Part shown: positions 54,748-63,244 of the stretch, one piece after another
Position numbering within the stretch: the first letter of the stretch is position 1
Layout: each line of letters opens with the position of its first letter
DNA from: Candidatus Rifleibacterium sp.
GTDB lineage: Bacteria; Muiribacteriota; Ozemobacteria; Ozemobacterales; Ozemobacteraceae
Assembly: GCA_035352635.1 (NCBI GenBank)
Contig: DAOPYA010000009.1
Coordinates: 1,745-65,744 of the forward strand
Direction: 5' to 3'
DNA length: 64,000 nucleotides
Notes under the pieces: model-generated
Told to the model about the DNA's origin: nothing
What the model saw: only the letters and a program-made list of their open reading frames with translations
The model's database searches: none
Translations under genes and position numbers: made by a program

Positions 54748-55281
54748 TTGTTAATATTTCAGGATGTAAAAATTACGGCAATCAAAACAGTGCCCGACAG
54801 CCACAGACCTTCATATTCTGGAAACCGCCCGGCGACGCCAGGTGGTTACACCATGCCCGAACTGCTGATCACCATTCTGCTGCTCGCGATTCTTTTCACC
54901 CTGACTATTATCTTTTCAAGTGGTATGAACCAGTCAAAGAAACTGCGCGATTACAGCGTTGCCGTTGCCCTGGGCCAGCAGGCCATCGAAATTGCACGCT
55001 CTGCACCATTTACACTTCTAGACGACGCCGATGCCGGCAAAAATAGCGTTGAGACCGACTTGAATACGGCTGCGAACCCCGCCGACCAGTTGTCGCCTGA
55101 TTATGAATCAGGCGGAATCAAATACCGCCGTGAGGTTGAGATTACCGACATCATGGCTGCCGAAGACAAGAACCGCCCGATTGGTCTGAAGCTTATCAAG
55201 GTAACCGTCAACTGGAAACCCCTCGACGGCGGGAAACCAGAGCCATTTATCATCACTTCGACGATTGCCAATATGAATTAG
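54748..55281 (+). CDS. Pilin/pseudopilin-like protein with atypical N-terminus
   Basis: GG-YTMPELLITILLLAILFTL resembles the class III signal (G / x4 / E5 followed by a hydrophobic helix). The only SD-supported start is ATG 54853 (AGGTGG 7 nt upstream), which would remove the Gly cleavage site. The TTG 54748 start is unsupported. Confidence 0.5.
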   Translation: MLIFQDVKITAIKTVPDSHRPSYSGNRPATPGGYTMPELLITILLLAILFTLTIIFSSGMNQSKKLRDYSVAVALGQQAIEIARSAPFTLLDDADAGKNSVETDLNTAANPADQLSPDYESGGIKYRREVEITDIMAAEDKNRPIGLKLIKVTVNWKPLDGGKPEPFIITSTIANMN

Positions 55282-55283
55282 CC

Positions 55284-56039
55284 ATGAAAATCATCTGCCA
55301 TAATTCAAAAGCACCAGTTCGCCGAAAAGCAGCCGGCTTCACCCTTGTTGAAGCCCTGGTGGCGGTTGCTATCTCGACCCTCATTCTTATGTTCGCCTAC
55401 CGGGTGTTCTTTTCCCAGACCGAAATGGTCACCAGATCAATCGAGTTTCTGCACGTCAACGAAGGCTTTCGTAAGGTTGTCACCTTTATGGGTGATGATA
55501 TTCGCGAATCCACCACCATTCTCAAACCGATCCCGATTTTCAGCGACCGGGTAGCCTCAATGGCCACGATTCCCGGGGTTATTCTGCACCTGCAAAGCTC
55601 AGAACTCGACCCGCAGATCGCTTTTAACAGCCAACTAGGCGGTCAGGTGGCGGTGCGCCGCCAGGTGATTTATGAACTCGAAAAAATCCCTAATCCTGAA
55701 TCGCAGACCGTGCCTCGCTATCGCCTGATTCGCACCGCTACCATCGAAGAGAAGCCCGGCCAGCAGAGCACCCAACGTCAGGTGCTCGTCGAGAATATTC
55801 GCGATATGGTTATTTATCGAACGGTGCGCAAGCCGTTCAAACCGGCCAATATAAGTTCTTCAGGCGACAGTCTGCTGCTGGCGCAACCCCTGAGCCAGTC
55901 CGGCACCGGCAATAACCTTGTGCACGTCCGGATGATCCTCGAAAGAACCCGCAAAGAGACCGAGACCGGGCAGGTTTACAGCATCGCCATGAATACCAGC
56001 TTTTACAAGCGCGGAAAAGAGATTTTTAAGAACCCATGA
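55284..56039 (+). CDS. Prepilin-type N-terminal cleavage/methylation domain protein (minor pseudopilin-like)
   Basis: MKIICHNSKAPVRRKAAG/FTLVEALVAVAISTLILMFAY is a canonical class III signal. Confidence 0.75.
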   Translation: MKIICHNSKAPVRRKAAGFTLVEALVAVAISTLILMFAYRVFFSQTEMVTRSIEFLHVNEGFRKVVTFMGDDIRESTTILKPIPIFSDRVASMATIPGVILHLQSSELDPQIAFNSQLGGQVAVRRQVIYELEKIPNPESQTVPRYRLIRTATIEEKPGQQSTQRQVLVENIRDMVIYRTVRKPFKPANISSSGDSLLLAQPLSQSGTGNNLVHVRMILERTRKETETGQVYSIAMNTSFYKRGKEIFKNP

Positions 56040-58378
56040 GTATTAATAAGCTTAACGGCAGGCGTGGTTCGGGCTACCTCATTGTTCTGGGGTTTGCCGG
56101 GTTGCTGCTCATATTTTTCGGTATTTTTTTCCAGTTCAAGTCTGGGCATCAGCAACTGCAGTCAAAAGATGTGCGCCGCTTTGTTGCTTCAAACCTGGGT
56201 GAAGCAGCTCTGAACTGCATCATCGCCGAGTTGAATGCTAATCGCGCTTTCAATACCCATCGTTATTTTCGCGACAAAGAAAAATACTACTGGACCGGCC
56301 CAATCAAAAAACGTGAATCATTGATCGGCAAAATCGATGGAATCGGTCTCGATGGTGTAAATGCCGGCATTTACAGTGGTTCTTCCCCGGCGGGTGAATT
56401 CAAGGCCAGATTTGCCAACGTCTGGGGTGCCCGTGAAAATTCAAAGACTGAGACCCTCAAAGAAGCCGAAATGTACACCCGGGCCGAAATCGTCGTCAAG
56501 GTCGGCGCCGGCTGGGGCATCAAAGAACAAACCTGCCGCAAAATCACCGCCCTGATCGAAAGACGCTACCCTGCCACCGAAAGCCTTCTTTTTGACGGCG
56601 AATTTCTTGACCTCGGCAGTCTCGGCCCTTACCCCGGCCGCGAAAACCAGTTGCGCACCGGTCGATTGTACGGCTACCACTGGATCACCTTCAACACCGC
56701 AGGTGGTGCCTGCCGAGGCTCAGAACTCCTTGACATGGAAAAGATCGAAACCCCGGGCCTGATCAGGGCCTTAAAAGATACGCGCCTGAGCTTTGCCGAC
56801 AACTCAGACATGAAGCTGAATTCAACCAACGATTCAATTCAGGTCAATAAATTCGAAACCCACGACGGGTTCCTGCTCGACGGTGCCCATGGCGCACATC
56901 CGATCAAACTCGCAAGACTGCCCCGCGAGCGTATAAAGGCTACGGCCGAGCGCTATCGAAAATCTTACGGCCTGGTAATCGATGAGAAGACCTTGCCAGC
57001 CGGCAATTACAAAAACCCTTACGATACGAAGAGCCAGTATGTCGATCTCGACTTTGGCGATTTCAAGGTGACCAAGGCCGTTACTGCCAGCGGTTCTGCT
57101 GATACAGCCAGTGGCTCTGCCGATACTGACTCCGGCAACGGTGGCGATGAAAACGAAGAAGAAGTCGACGAAACCGATTACAACCTGACTTCTGATGAAC
57201 CCGAAATTATCCGCAAGCTTAAAGGCGACAAAATTCTCATTTATGCCGAGGTGCCACTGCGCATCTGGGGCTGCCCTGACCGCACTGTCACCATTTACAG
57301 CACAAAAGACATCGTAATCGGCGGTGATTTTAACCAGAACCCCCGCACCGTGCAGGTTTATAAAGATGATTCTTTAACGAACTACAAGTTTTCGATAGTC
57401 AACGGCAAGGGAAACCACAAGGTCGGAGCCTTGATAATGTCTGAAGGTCGCGTGCTCATCGATGTCTCGCGCCCAACGCTCTTCGCCCGCAATGAAATCA
57501 AGCCATTCTTTCTTTATTCTCTGGCAATGGCCATGAACCCCTCGACCACTGACATAGAAGCCGAAATCAAAACACTGCTCTGCCCCTTCGACCCTGACAA
57601 CCGCAAGTCGTTGATCGGTCTCGGTGAACTTGGCGCTGATGGCAACTTTGAGGCAAGATTCGGCGCCATGGCCTTTCTGTATAACAACAAGGAACTCAAT
57701 GGCGGCGGCCTGTACCAGTCGAAAATGGAAGACGTCATCAATTTCTTCACCCCCGGCGCCAGCGATCGCCCCCGCTTTGCCATCAAAGACGAAAAAGCAC
57801 GTAATGCGGTGATTGAAACCCTGAAGAACCTGGTTAGAGTTTCTGGCGACCTGACCATGAGCGAACAAGACCAGGTTTTCGACCAGGCCTGGCAGCAGGC
57901 CGTCATCGAAGAAAACACGGCACCGATGCCGAATTCAGGGGCAATGGGCCTGATGCGGCATCTGTTCGAAGAAGCAAAAAAAGATCCTAACGATGCTATT
58001 TATCTGCCCGAAATCACCATAAATGCCGCACTCGTCAGTTCGGCCTGCCGGTCATCACGCTGGCAGATCGGTAATTCGCCCGACAAGGTTGATGACGAGA
58101 TCGGCAATGCCGGCAGCCTTGAATATATGCGCGAACCCGGTTTCATTATTCAGAGAGTCTACGGCGGGGTTATCCGTCTGGCTGCAAAAAAACCTGAATA
58201 CTTCATGTCGGGTGCCCATACCGGCAAGAATATCTTGCGCCGCCGCCTCTGGGACCCAACAAACCTGCGTAACCGTCATTTTAAGCCACTCGAAGCCCCG
58301 GCGGTCCACAATCTTCTCACCTTCTCAGAAGAATCAATCAGCGTCAAAGAATACGATAACTTTTCTGGCAAAAACTGA
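56036..58378 (+). CDS. Large (780 aa) GspK/PilX-like anchored protein, unknown function
   Basis: 4-nt overlap with the upstream pseudopilin gene. N-terminal RRGSGYLIVLGFAGLLLIFFGIFF. An internal 21-bp tandem repeat (57086-57127) encodes ASGSADT x2. Confidence 0.55.
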   Translation: MSINKLNGRRGSGYLIVLGFAGLLLIFFGIFFQFKSGHQQLQSKDVRRFVASNLGEAALNCIIAELNANRAFNTHRYFRDKEKYYWTGPIKKRESLIGKIDGIGLDGVNAGIYSGSSPAGEFKARFANVWGARENSKTETLKEAEMYTRAEIVVKVGAGWGIKEQTCRKITALIERRYPATESLLFDGEFLDLGSLGPYPGRENQLRTGRLYGYHWITFNTAGGACRGSELLDMEKIETPGLIRALKDTRLSFADNSDMKLNSTNDSIQVNKFETHDGFLLDGAHGAHPIKLARLPRERIKATAERYRKSYGLVIDEKTLPAGNYKNPYDTKSQYVDLDFGDFKVTKAVTASGSADTASGSADTDSGNGGDENEEEVDETDYNLTSDEPEIIRKLKGDKILIYAEVPLRIWGCPDRTVTIYSTKDIVIGGDFNQNPRTVQVYKDDSLTNYKFSIVNGKGNHKVGALIMSEGRVLIDVSRPTLFARNEIKPFFLYSLAMAMNPSTTDIEAEIKTLLCPFDPDNRKSLIGLGELGADGNFEARFGAMAFLYNNKELNGGGLYQSKMEDVINFFTPGASDRPRFAIKDEKARNAVIETLKNLVRVSGDLTMSEQDQVFDQAWQQAVIEENTAPMPNSGAMGLMRHLFEEAKKDPNDAIYLPEITINAALVSSACRSSRWQIGNSPDKVDDEIGNAGSLEYMREPGFIIQRVYGGVIRLAAKKPEYFMSGAHTGKNILRRRLWDPTNLRNRHFKPLEAPAVHNLLTFSEESISVKEYDNFSGKN

Positions 58379-58533
58379 CCACGCACACCGCTGCCACCCT
58401 TCGCGTCAGCAGCAATTCCCGGTCAAAAACCAGCCCTGCTGACAGGCTGCAGCTGCAACTTTTAAAAGACAACAAGTTAAACACAAGTGACTTTTGATGA
58501 GAGTTTTAAAACTCACCGAGAATTACTTTTGCG

Positions 58534-59580
58534 TCAGTAAGAGGTTTTGCCGCCGGCGCCTGCTACTGTGAACAGCCAGCCGTGCTGGGCGGTTACCCCG
58601 GTGCCACGGTCGCGCAGATAGATGTCGATAAAATAATTGCCCGGCCCGAACGGGGTTTCGAGGCTGGCATAAAGCATTCTTGTGGCATTATCAAAGCGAA
58701 AGCTGACCTTTTTGCCGGTGGCTTTGGCATTCAATACATATTTTTCGGGCGAGTAGTCGCCGAGGTTGTCGAGACGGCAGCTGAAGGTTGCCAGCTGATC
58801 GACCACCTGCCCGGGGGCAGGGTAGCACTCTGAAACCGGCAGGCCGGCCATACCAAACCGGATCAAAAACTTGTTCATGTCGTCGGTTGAATAAATGACC
58901 TGACGCTTAATCAGCCAGGGCGACAGGCCCGGGTAATTCGCGCCGCCATCAACGGTCATCGCTCCGGCAAAGCCGGCTTCCCGGGCCAGGGCCATTGTCC
59001 GGTCGCTGTAGACGCCATAAGGCCAGACCATTAACTTGACTTTATTGCCCAGTTTGCTTTCGATCAACTGTCGTGACGAAATTATCTCGTTTTTAAGAAA
59101 AGCTTTTTCTTCTTCGGGGTGGGCGTAGCGGGCGGCGAGGTTGCCGTGGCTCATCGAGTGGCATTCGACACTCCAGCCGGCCTTGAGCAGTTCCCCGAGT
59201 TGCTGCCAGCTCATCGCCTGCGATGAACCGATAAACGCCGGGTAAATGCAGACAATACCCTTGAAACCGTATTCTTGCATCGCCGGAAATGCATAATCGT
59301 AGACAGTTCGGTAACCATCGTCGAAAGTGAATACAGCCTGGTTGCCACCCCTGGGGGCGTCTGCCGCAATCGCTGCAAGCAGTTCTTCAGAGTTCAAACT
59401 CTTGTAATTGCGATCTTTTAAATACTTCAGCTGGCTTTTGAAGCGCTCAAGAGAAAGCGAAAACTTGTTGGCAGCCACAGGCTGAACCTGATGGTAGCAG
59501 AAGGCGACAATGCTGTTGGCCGACCAGGCCGGCACCGCCAGCAGAAGAACCAGAAGAAAGGTAGTAATAGCTTGTTTCAT
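58534..59580 (-). CDS. Polysaccharide deacetylase (NodB-homology) family protein
   Basis: It has a signal peptide. VAFCYHQV...AVFTFDDGYRTVYDYAFPAMQEYGFKG is the NodB motif-1 region. Confidence 0.75.
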   Translation of the reverse strand: MKQAITTFLLVLLLAVPAWSANSIVAFCYHQVQPVAANKFSLSLERFKSQLKYLKDRNYKSLNSEELLAAIAADAPRGGNQAVFTFDDGYRTVYDYAFPAMQEYGFKGIVCIYPAFIGSSQAMSWQQLGELLKAGWSVECHSMSHGNLAARYAHPEEEKAFLKNEIISSRQLIESKLGNKVKLMVWPYGVYSDRTMALAREAGFAGAMTVDGGANYPGLSPWLIKRQVIYSTDDMNKFLIRFGMAGLPVSECYPAPGQVVDQLATFSCRLDNLGDYSPEKYVLNAKATGKKVSFRFDNATRMLYASLETPFGPGNYFIDIYLRDRGTGVTAQHGWLFTVAGAGGKTSY

Positions 59581-59891
59581 GGGTTTGTCCTGAATTATTT
59601 CGTTGATACCAAAAGAATATAACAGTTTCAGGGCAAAAAAAAAAGGCCACCTAGGCAGCCTTGATCAAGGAAAGGAATGATTGAAGACAACTGACGAACA
59701 AGTCGTGCAGTGTTATTCATATATATGCAATTCGCGTGCCAACTTTTTTTAGCCGCTAATGGTGCGATTTTGCACAGATTAGTCGTGGCAAGCCCCTTGT
59801 TGCTTATTATTTATACAGCCTGGGATGCTTATCTGTGTATAATTTGCACAGAACGTCTGTTTAATCTTCATGCAGAAGTTGCTCAACATGC

Positions 59892-59922
59892 AAAAAAAAA
59901 GACCACCCGTCGGGTGGTCTTC
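59892..59922 (-). terminator. Rho-independent terminator of hfq
   Basis: The minus strand reads aagaccaccc-gac-gggtggtctt followed by a run of 9 T. It lies 17 nt after the hfq stop. Confidence 0.8.
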
Positions 59923-59938
59923 TTGTTAAGACTCAGCT

Positions 59939-60157
59939 TCAGCCAGGAAGATTAAAATTGTCGGGTAACTGAATAGTAGAAATAGCATGCTTGTAAATCA
60001 ACTGTTTTTTGCCTTCGGATTCAAGAAGAATCACGAAAGTGTCAAAATCAAGGATGGTGCCCTGAATCTGGAAACCTTTCATAAGAAAGATTTTAACAGA
60101 TTCCTTTTCGTCTTTCAGATACTGAAGGATGTTGTCTTGAATGTTTACAGCAGGCAT
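59939..60157 (-). CDS. hfq: RNA chaperone Hfq
   Basis: ATG 60157 lies 8 nt after GGAGG. The Sm1/Sm2 core reads VKIFLMKGFQIQGTILDFDTFVILLESEGKKQLIYKHAISTI. Confidence 0.9.
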   Translation of the reverse strand: MPAVNIQDNILQYLKDEKESVKIFLMKGFQIQGTILDFDTFVILLESEGKKQLIYKHAISTIQLPDNFNLPG

Positions 60158-60214
60158 ATATCTTACCTCCAATTAGTGTCTTATTTAGATAGACTATTTT
60201 TAGAAAAAAAGCAA

Positions 60215-63200
60215 TCAATTTTCATGCTCATTGCATTTGATGCCTTTTTCATCGATAGTCCAGTTGCCAGAGGTCGGGCAGCGCGGCAAGGCATCTTCTT
60301 CGGTCGCCTGATCGAGAATGGTCGGGGTGCCGCTTGCGGTCGGCTGTTTGCTGTTTTGCAGCTGCTTGAACAATCGGGCGCGATTATAAGCGCAACAGGC
60401 GTGTTCATCAAATATCAACGGAATTGCCGGAATATCGCGGTGCTGGCTGCACTGAATAAGGCCGCTGAATGCGTCGGTGGTGATTTTGCCGCCCGCCGGG
60501 CAGCACTTTGCCAGGTCAGGGGCATAAAACATGCGGTTTATAAAGCAGATCGTTCTTGCCAGGTAGTGATCGAGCGCCTTTTTGAGGAGCGGGTTGTCGA
60601 GTCTGAATCTGGCCACCAGCCAGTCGGCGATCTTCTCGAAGTCTGTGGAAACATAGATCAGGTCTTTGTCGCCACGAACCTTTATGGTGGTGTCAATGCC
60701 GAGTCGCTGCGTTTGAAGCTTGAAGGCAAAGAGTTCGCGGGCGAATTTTTTCATGAAGTCTTCGTTTTCTGCTTTTCCGGTGGTGGCGGTCGAAAATTCA
60801 TTTAAATTACCGTTTTTGAAGGTATAACGGGTATAAATTCTGACGAACGGGGCGAGCGGGTTAGCGATAAAGGGCTTGAAAAATTGCGGAATCAGTGCGT
60901 GGAAGTTGTTCCAGTCGTAAATGATTTCGAGAAAACTCTCGGGGTTGAAAGGTATGATCTGCCCGAGCAGTTCGGGTGTGTCGCTGGCTTCAAGGCTGCG
61001 GGCGCTGAGATAGACCGAGTTGCGATCGGCCACGGCATTGAGGCGCTTGTTGCCGAAGCTGAAAACACAACGGTCAGGAGTTTCGCTGAGTTGTTGTTTA
61101 ACGTTCAACTGTGCAAAATAGTTGTTAAGCAGTGCCAGCAGGGTTGACCCTGAAGTTGCTTCGCTGTCGATGCGCACGATCACCGATTTTTTTATGCGGA
61201 TCGGTTGCCTGACAAAAATAGTTACAGATTTGTCAGAAAAATTAGCGGCGGCCGGAAGAACGGTTTCGAGCATTTTAAAGAAGAGGGGCCCGAATGAAAC
61301 AATCAGTGGGTGCTGACTGCCGGGAGGTAAGCCGACGAAGAGCTTATCGACCGGCTTTTCTGTTTTATCGGTGGCCGGCAGAGGGGCATTGTTTGAGTCT
61401 GCCGGGGTTTCGGCGGGGGGTTCGGCCGCGGTTTCGGCTGGCTGACCTTCGAGTTCAACGTTCGGTGCGGTTGGGTTTTCATCTTCGGCGGCGGCCGGCG
61501 GCTCTGCTTTGTTCGCGAGTTTGTAACTGTCGAAAACCGGTTCATTCAGGGAGCGAACCCCAGACTTGATGTCAGAGCAGAGTTTGGTCATGTCGATTGC
61601 CTGGTCGTAGAGCTTTTCTTCCTGATACAGGCGGGCAATGCTCATGAGAATATTGGTGACTTTTTCTTTGTCGGCACGCTCGCCCATAAGGCTGTGGTAA
61701 TCAGCCATGGCGCTGTGATATGACTTGAGTCGTACCGCCAGATAAAGGCTGTTGTCGGGGTCTTTGAGTTTTGGATCGGCCTTGAATGCTTCACGCAGGT
61801 AAGTGATCGCCGAAGCAAAATCATTCTTGTCAAGATAAACCCGGCCGATGTGCAGAAGCACCTCACCCTGGCCCGGCACCAGCTGATTTGCTTTGAGCAG
61901 CAGGTTCAGAGCTTTTTCATGGTCGCCGTTGCGGTAGTATGCCCAACCAAGCGTGTCAATATAGGAAGCGTTGTTTTTATCAAGTTGAACAGCTGCTTCA
62001 GCCATGGTGATGGCTTTGTCGATGTTGCTGTTCTTCTCGGTGTAGAGATAGGCGAGGTTATTGAGTGCCTCAGCGGAATCGGGCCTGATCTTGATGGCAT
62101 TATCATAATGTTCCGCGGCGCTTTCAAAGTTCCCCTGGGCGTAATAAACGGTGGCCAGGTGATAATGAGGCTCATAGACATTCATTTTTATCGAAAGCGA
62201 CTTCTTCAGCTCTTCTTCAGCTTTCCGGTAATCATGGTTTTTAAAAGCCGCCCAGCCCAGGCTGTCTCTGAAGCCAGGGCTTTCAGGTTCAAGATCAACC
62301 GCCCGCTGGCAGAGTTCTTGTGATATCTGGGTGTTAACGCCATATTCGGCATACAGATAGCCCAGATTATTTAGAGCGTGCGGGTTGTTTGGTGAGAGTT
62401 CAAGAATTTTCTTGTAAACCGCCTCTTCGAGCCAGAAAGGTTCGGGCTTGTTGCGTGTCTGGTAGTCTTCATGCAGGCCCATGTAAATGCCGAGCAGTGA
62501 GTTTTGCAGTTTCGGGTTGCGCGGGTCGAGAGAAGAGGCCTTTTCGTATGAAGCGATCGATAAAAACAGCGATGAATCCATTGAACCCAGAAATCTGAAA
62601 GCCTGACCCATGACGTAATAATAGTGGGCAGTGCGCGGAATGAGGGTCAGCGCGCGTTTTAAATCTTCTTCGGGTTTCATCGGTTCGAAATAGCCGTTGG
62701 GCCGGTTGCGCAGTTCCTGGAAGACGATACCCTTGACCAGCCAGTAGTCAGGGTTTTTGGCCAGCTTTTCTTCTGAATCGATCAGCAGGTCTTCAAATTC
62801 GCGGTCTTTGCCGTTGGTCTGGTCAACGTCTTTGTTAATGCTCAAAAGCAGGCCGTTGAAGAAGATGTCACGCAGTCGCTCACCCTCGGTGAAGCTCTTC
62901 TTGCCGCTGCTTGCAAAAAAAACGCTGCTGAGTTTGATCAATTCGTCGCGCCGTGGCGTATCTGAAAGCTTGATCAGGCTGAACCATCTCGTAATAGCGT
63001 GCAGCTGCGCCAGCGTGTTTCCCTGTTGCTCGGTCAGATACTTCTTGAAAAGCTGCAGGTTGAAGTCACTCGGCTTGGTTTTTTCGAAACGAATCTCTTC
63101 GTTGCCGAAAAGCGGCAGCCCGAAATCAAAGTTGATCTCAGCGCAAACCGCACCTGACATGGCAGCGACCATAAAAATAGCCAGACAGACAAATCGATAA

Positions 63201-63217
63201 AGGGATTTATTCAGCAT
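60215..63217 (-). CDS. Secreted 1,000-aa TPR-repeat protein with Cys-rich C-terminal region
   Basis: It has a signal peptide. It contains many TPR units (for example ALNNLGYLYAEYG, ALNNLAYLYTEKN, YHLATVYYAQGNFESAAEHYDNAI). The C-terminal ~110 aa contain 9 Cys. Confidence 0.8.
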   Translation of the reverse strand: MLNKSLYRFVCLAIFMVAAMSGAVCAEINFDFGLPLFGNEEIRFEKTKPSDFNLQLFKKYLTEQQGNTLAQLHAITRWFSLIKLSDTPRRDELIKLSSVFFASSGKKSFTEGERLRDIFFNGLLLSINKDVDQTNGKDREFEDLLIDSEEKLAKNPDYWLVKGIVFQELRNRPNGYFEPMKPEEDLKRALTLIPRTAHYYYVMGQAFRFLGSMDSSLFLSIASYEKASSLDPRNPKLQNSLLGIYMGLHEDYQTRNKPEPFWLEEAVYKKILELSPNNPHALNNLGYLYAEYGVNTQISQELCQRAVDLEPESPGFRDSLGWAAFKNHDYRKAEEELKKSLSIKMNVYEPHYHLATVYYAQGNFESAAEHYDNAIKIRPDSAEALNNLAYLYTEKNSNIDKAITMAEAAVQLDKNNASYIDTLGWAYYRNGDHEKALNLLLKANQLVPGQGEVLLHIGRVYLDKNDFASAITYLREAFKADPKLKDPDNSLYLAVRLKSYHSAMADYHSLMGERADKEKVTNILMSIARLYQEEKLYDQAIDMTKLCSDIKSGVRSLNEPVFDSYKLANKAEPPAAAEDENPTAPNVELEGQPAETAAEPPAETPADSNNAPLPATDKTEKPVDKLFVGLPPGSQHPLIVSFGPLFFKMLETVLPAAANFSDKSVTIFVRQPIRIKKSVIVRIDSEATSGSTLLALLNNYFAQLNVKQQLSETPDRCVFSFGNKRLNAVADRNSVYLSARSLEASDTPELLGQIIPFNPESFLEIIYDWNNFHALIPQFFKPFIANPLAPFVRIYTRYTFKNGNLNEFSTATTGKAENEDFMKKFARELFAFKLQTQRLGIDTTIKVRGDKDLIYVSTDFEKIADWLVARFRLDNPLLKKALDHYLARTICFINRMFYAPDLAKCCPAGGKITTDAFSGLIQCSQHRDIPAIPLIFDEHACCAYNRARLFKQLQNSKQPTASGTPTILDQATEEDALPRCPTSGNWTIDEKGIKCNEHEN

Positions 63218-63244
63218 TGCATGCCTCCGTGGTGGCGCAGTTTT

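Noticed and set aside
59710-59955. 81-aa ORF in the hfq-deacetylase spacer
   Set aside because: It has a hydrophobic low-complexity translation and no RBS, and it reads through the hfq terminator hairpin.
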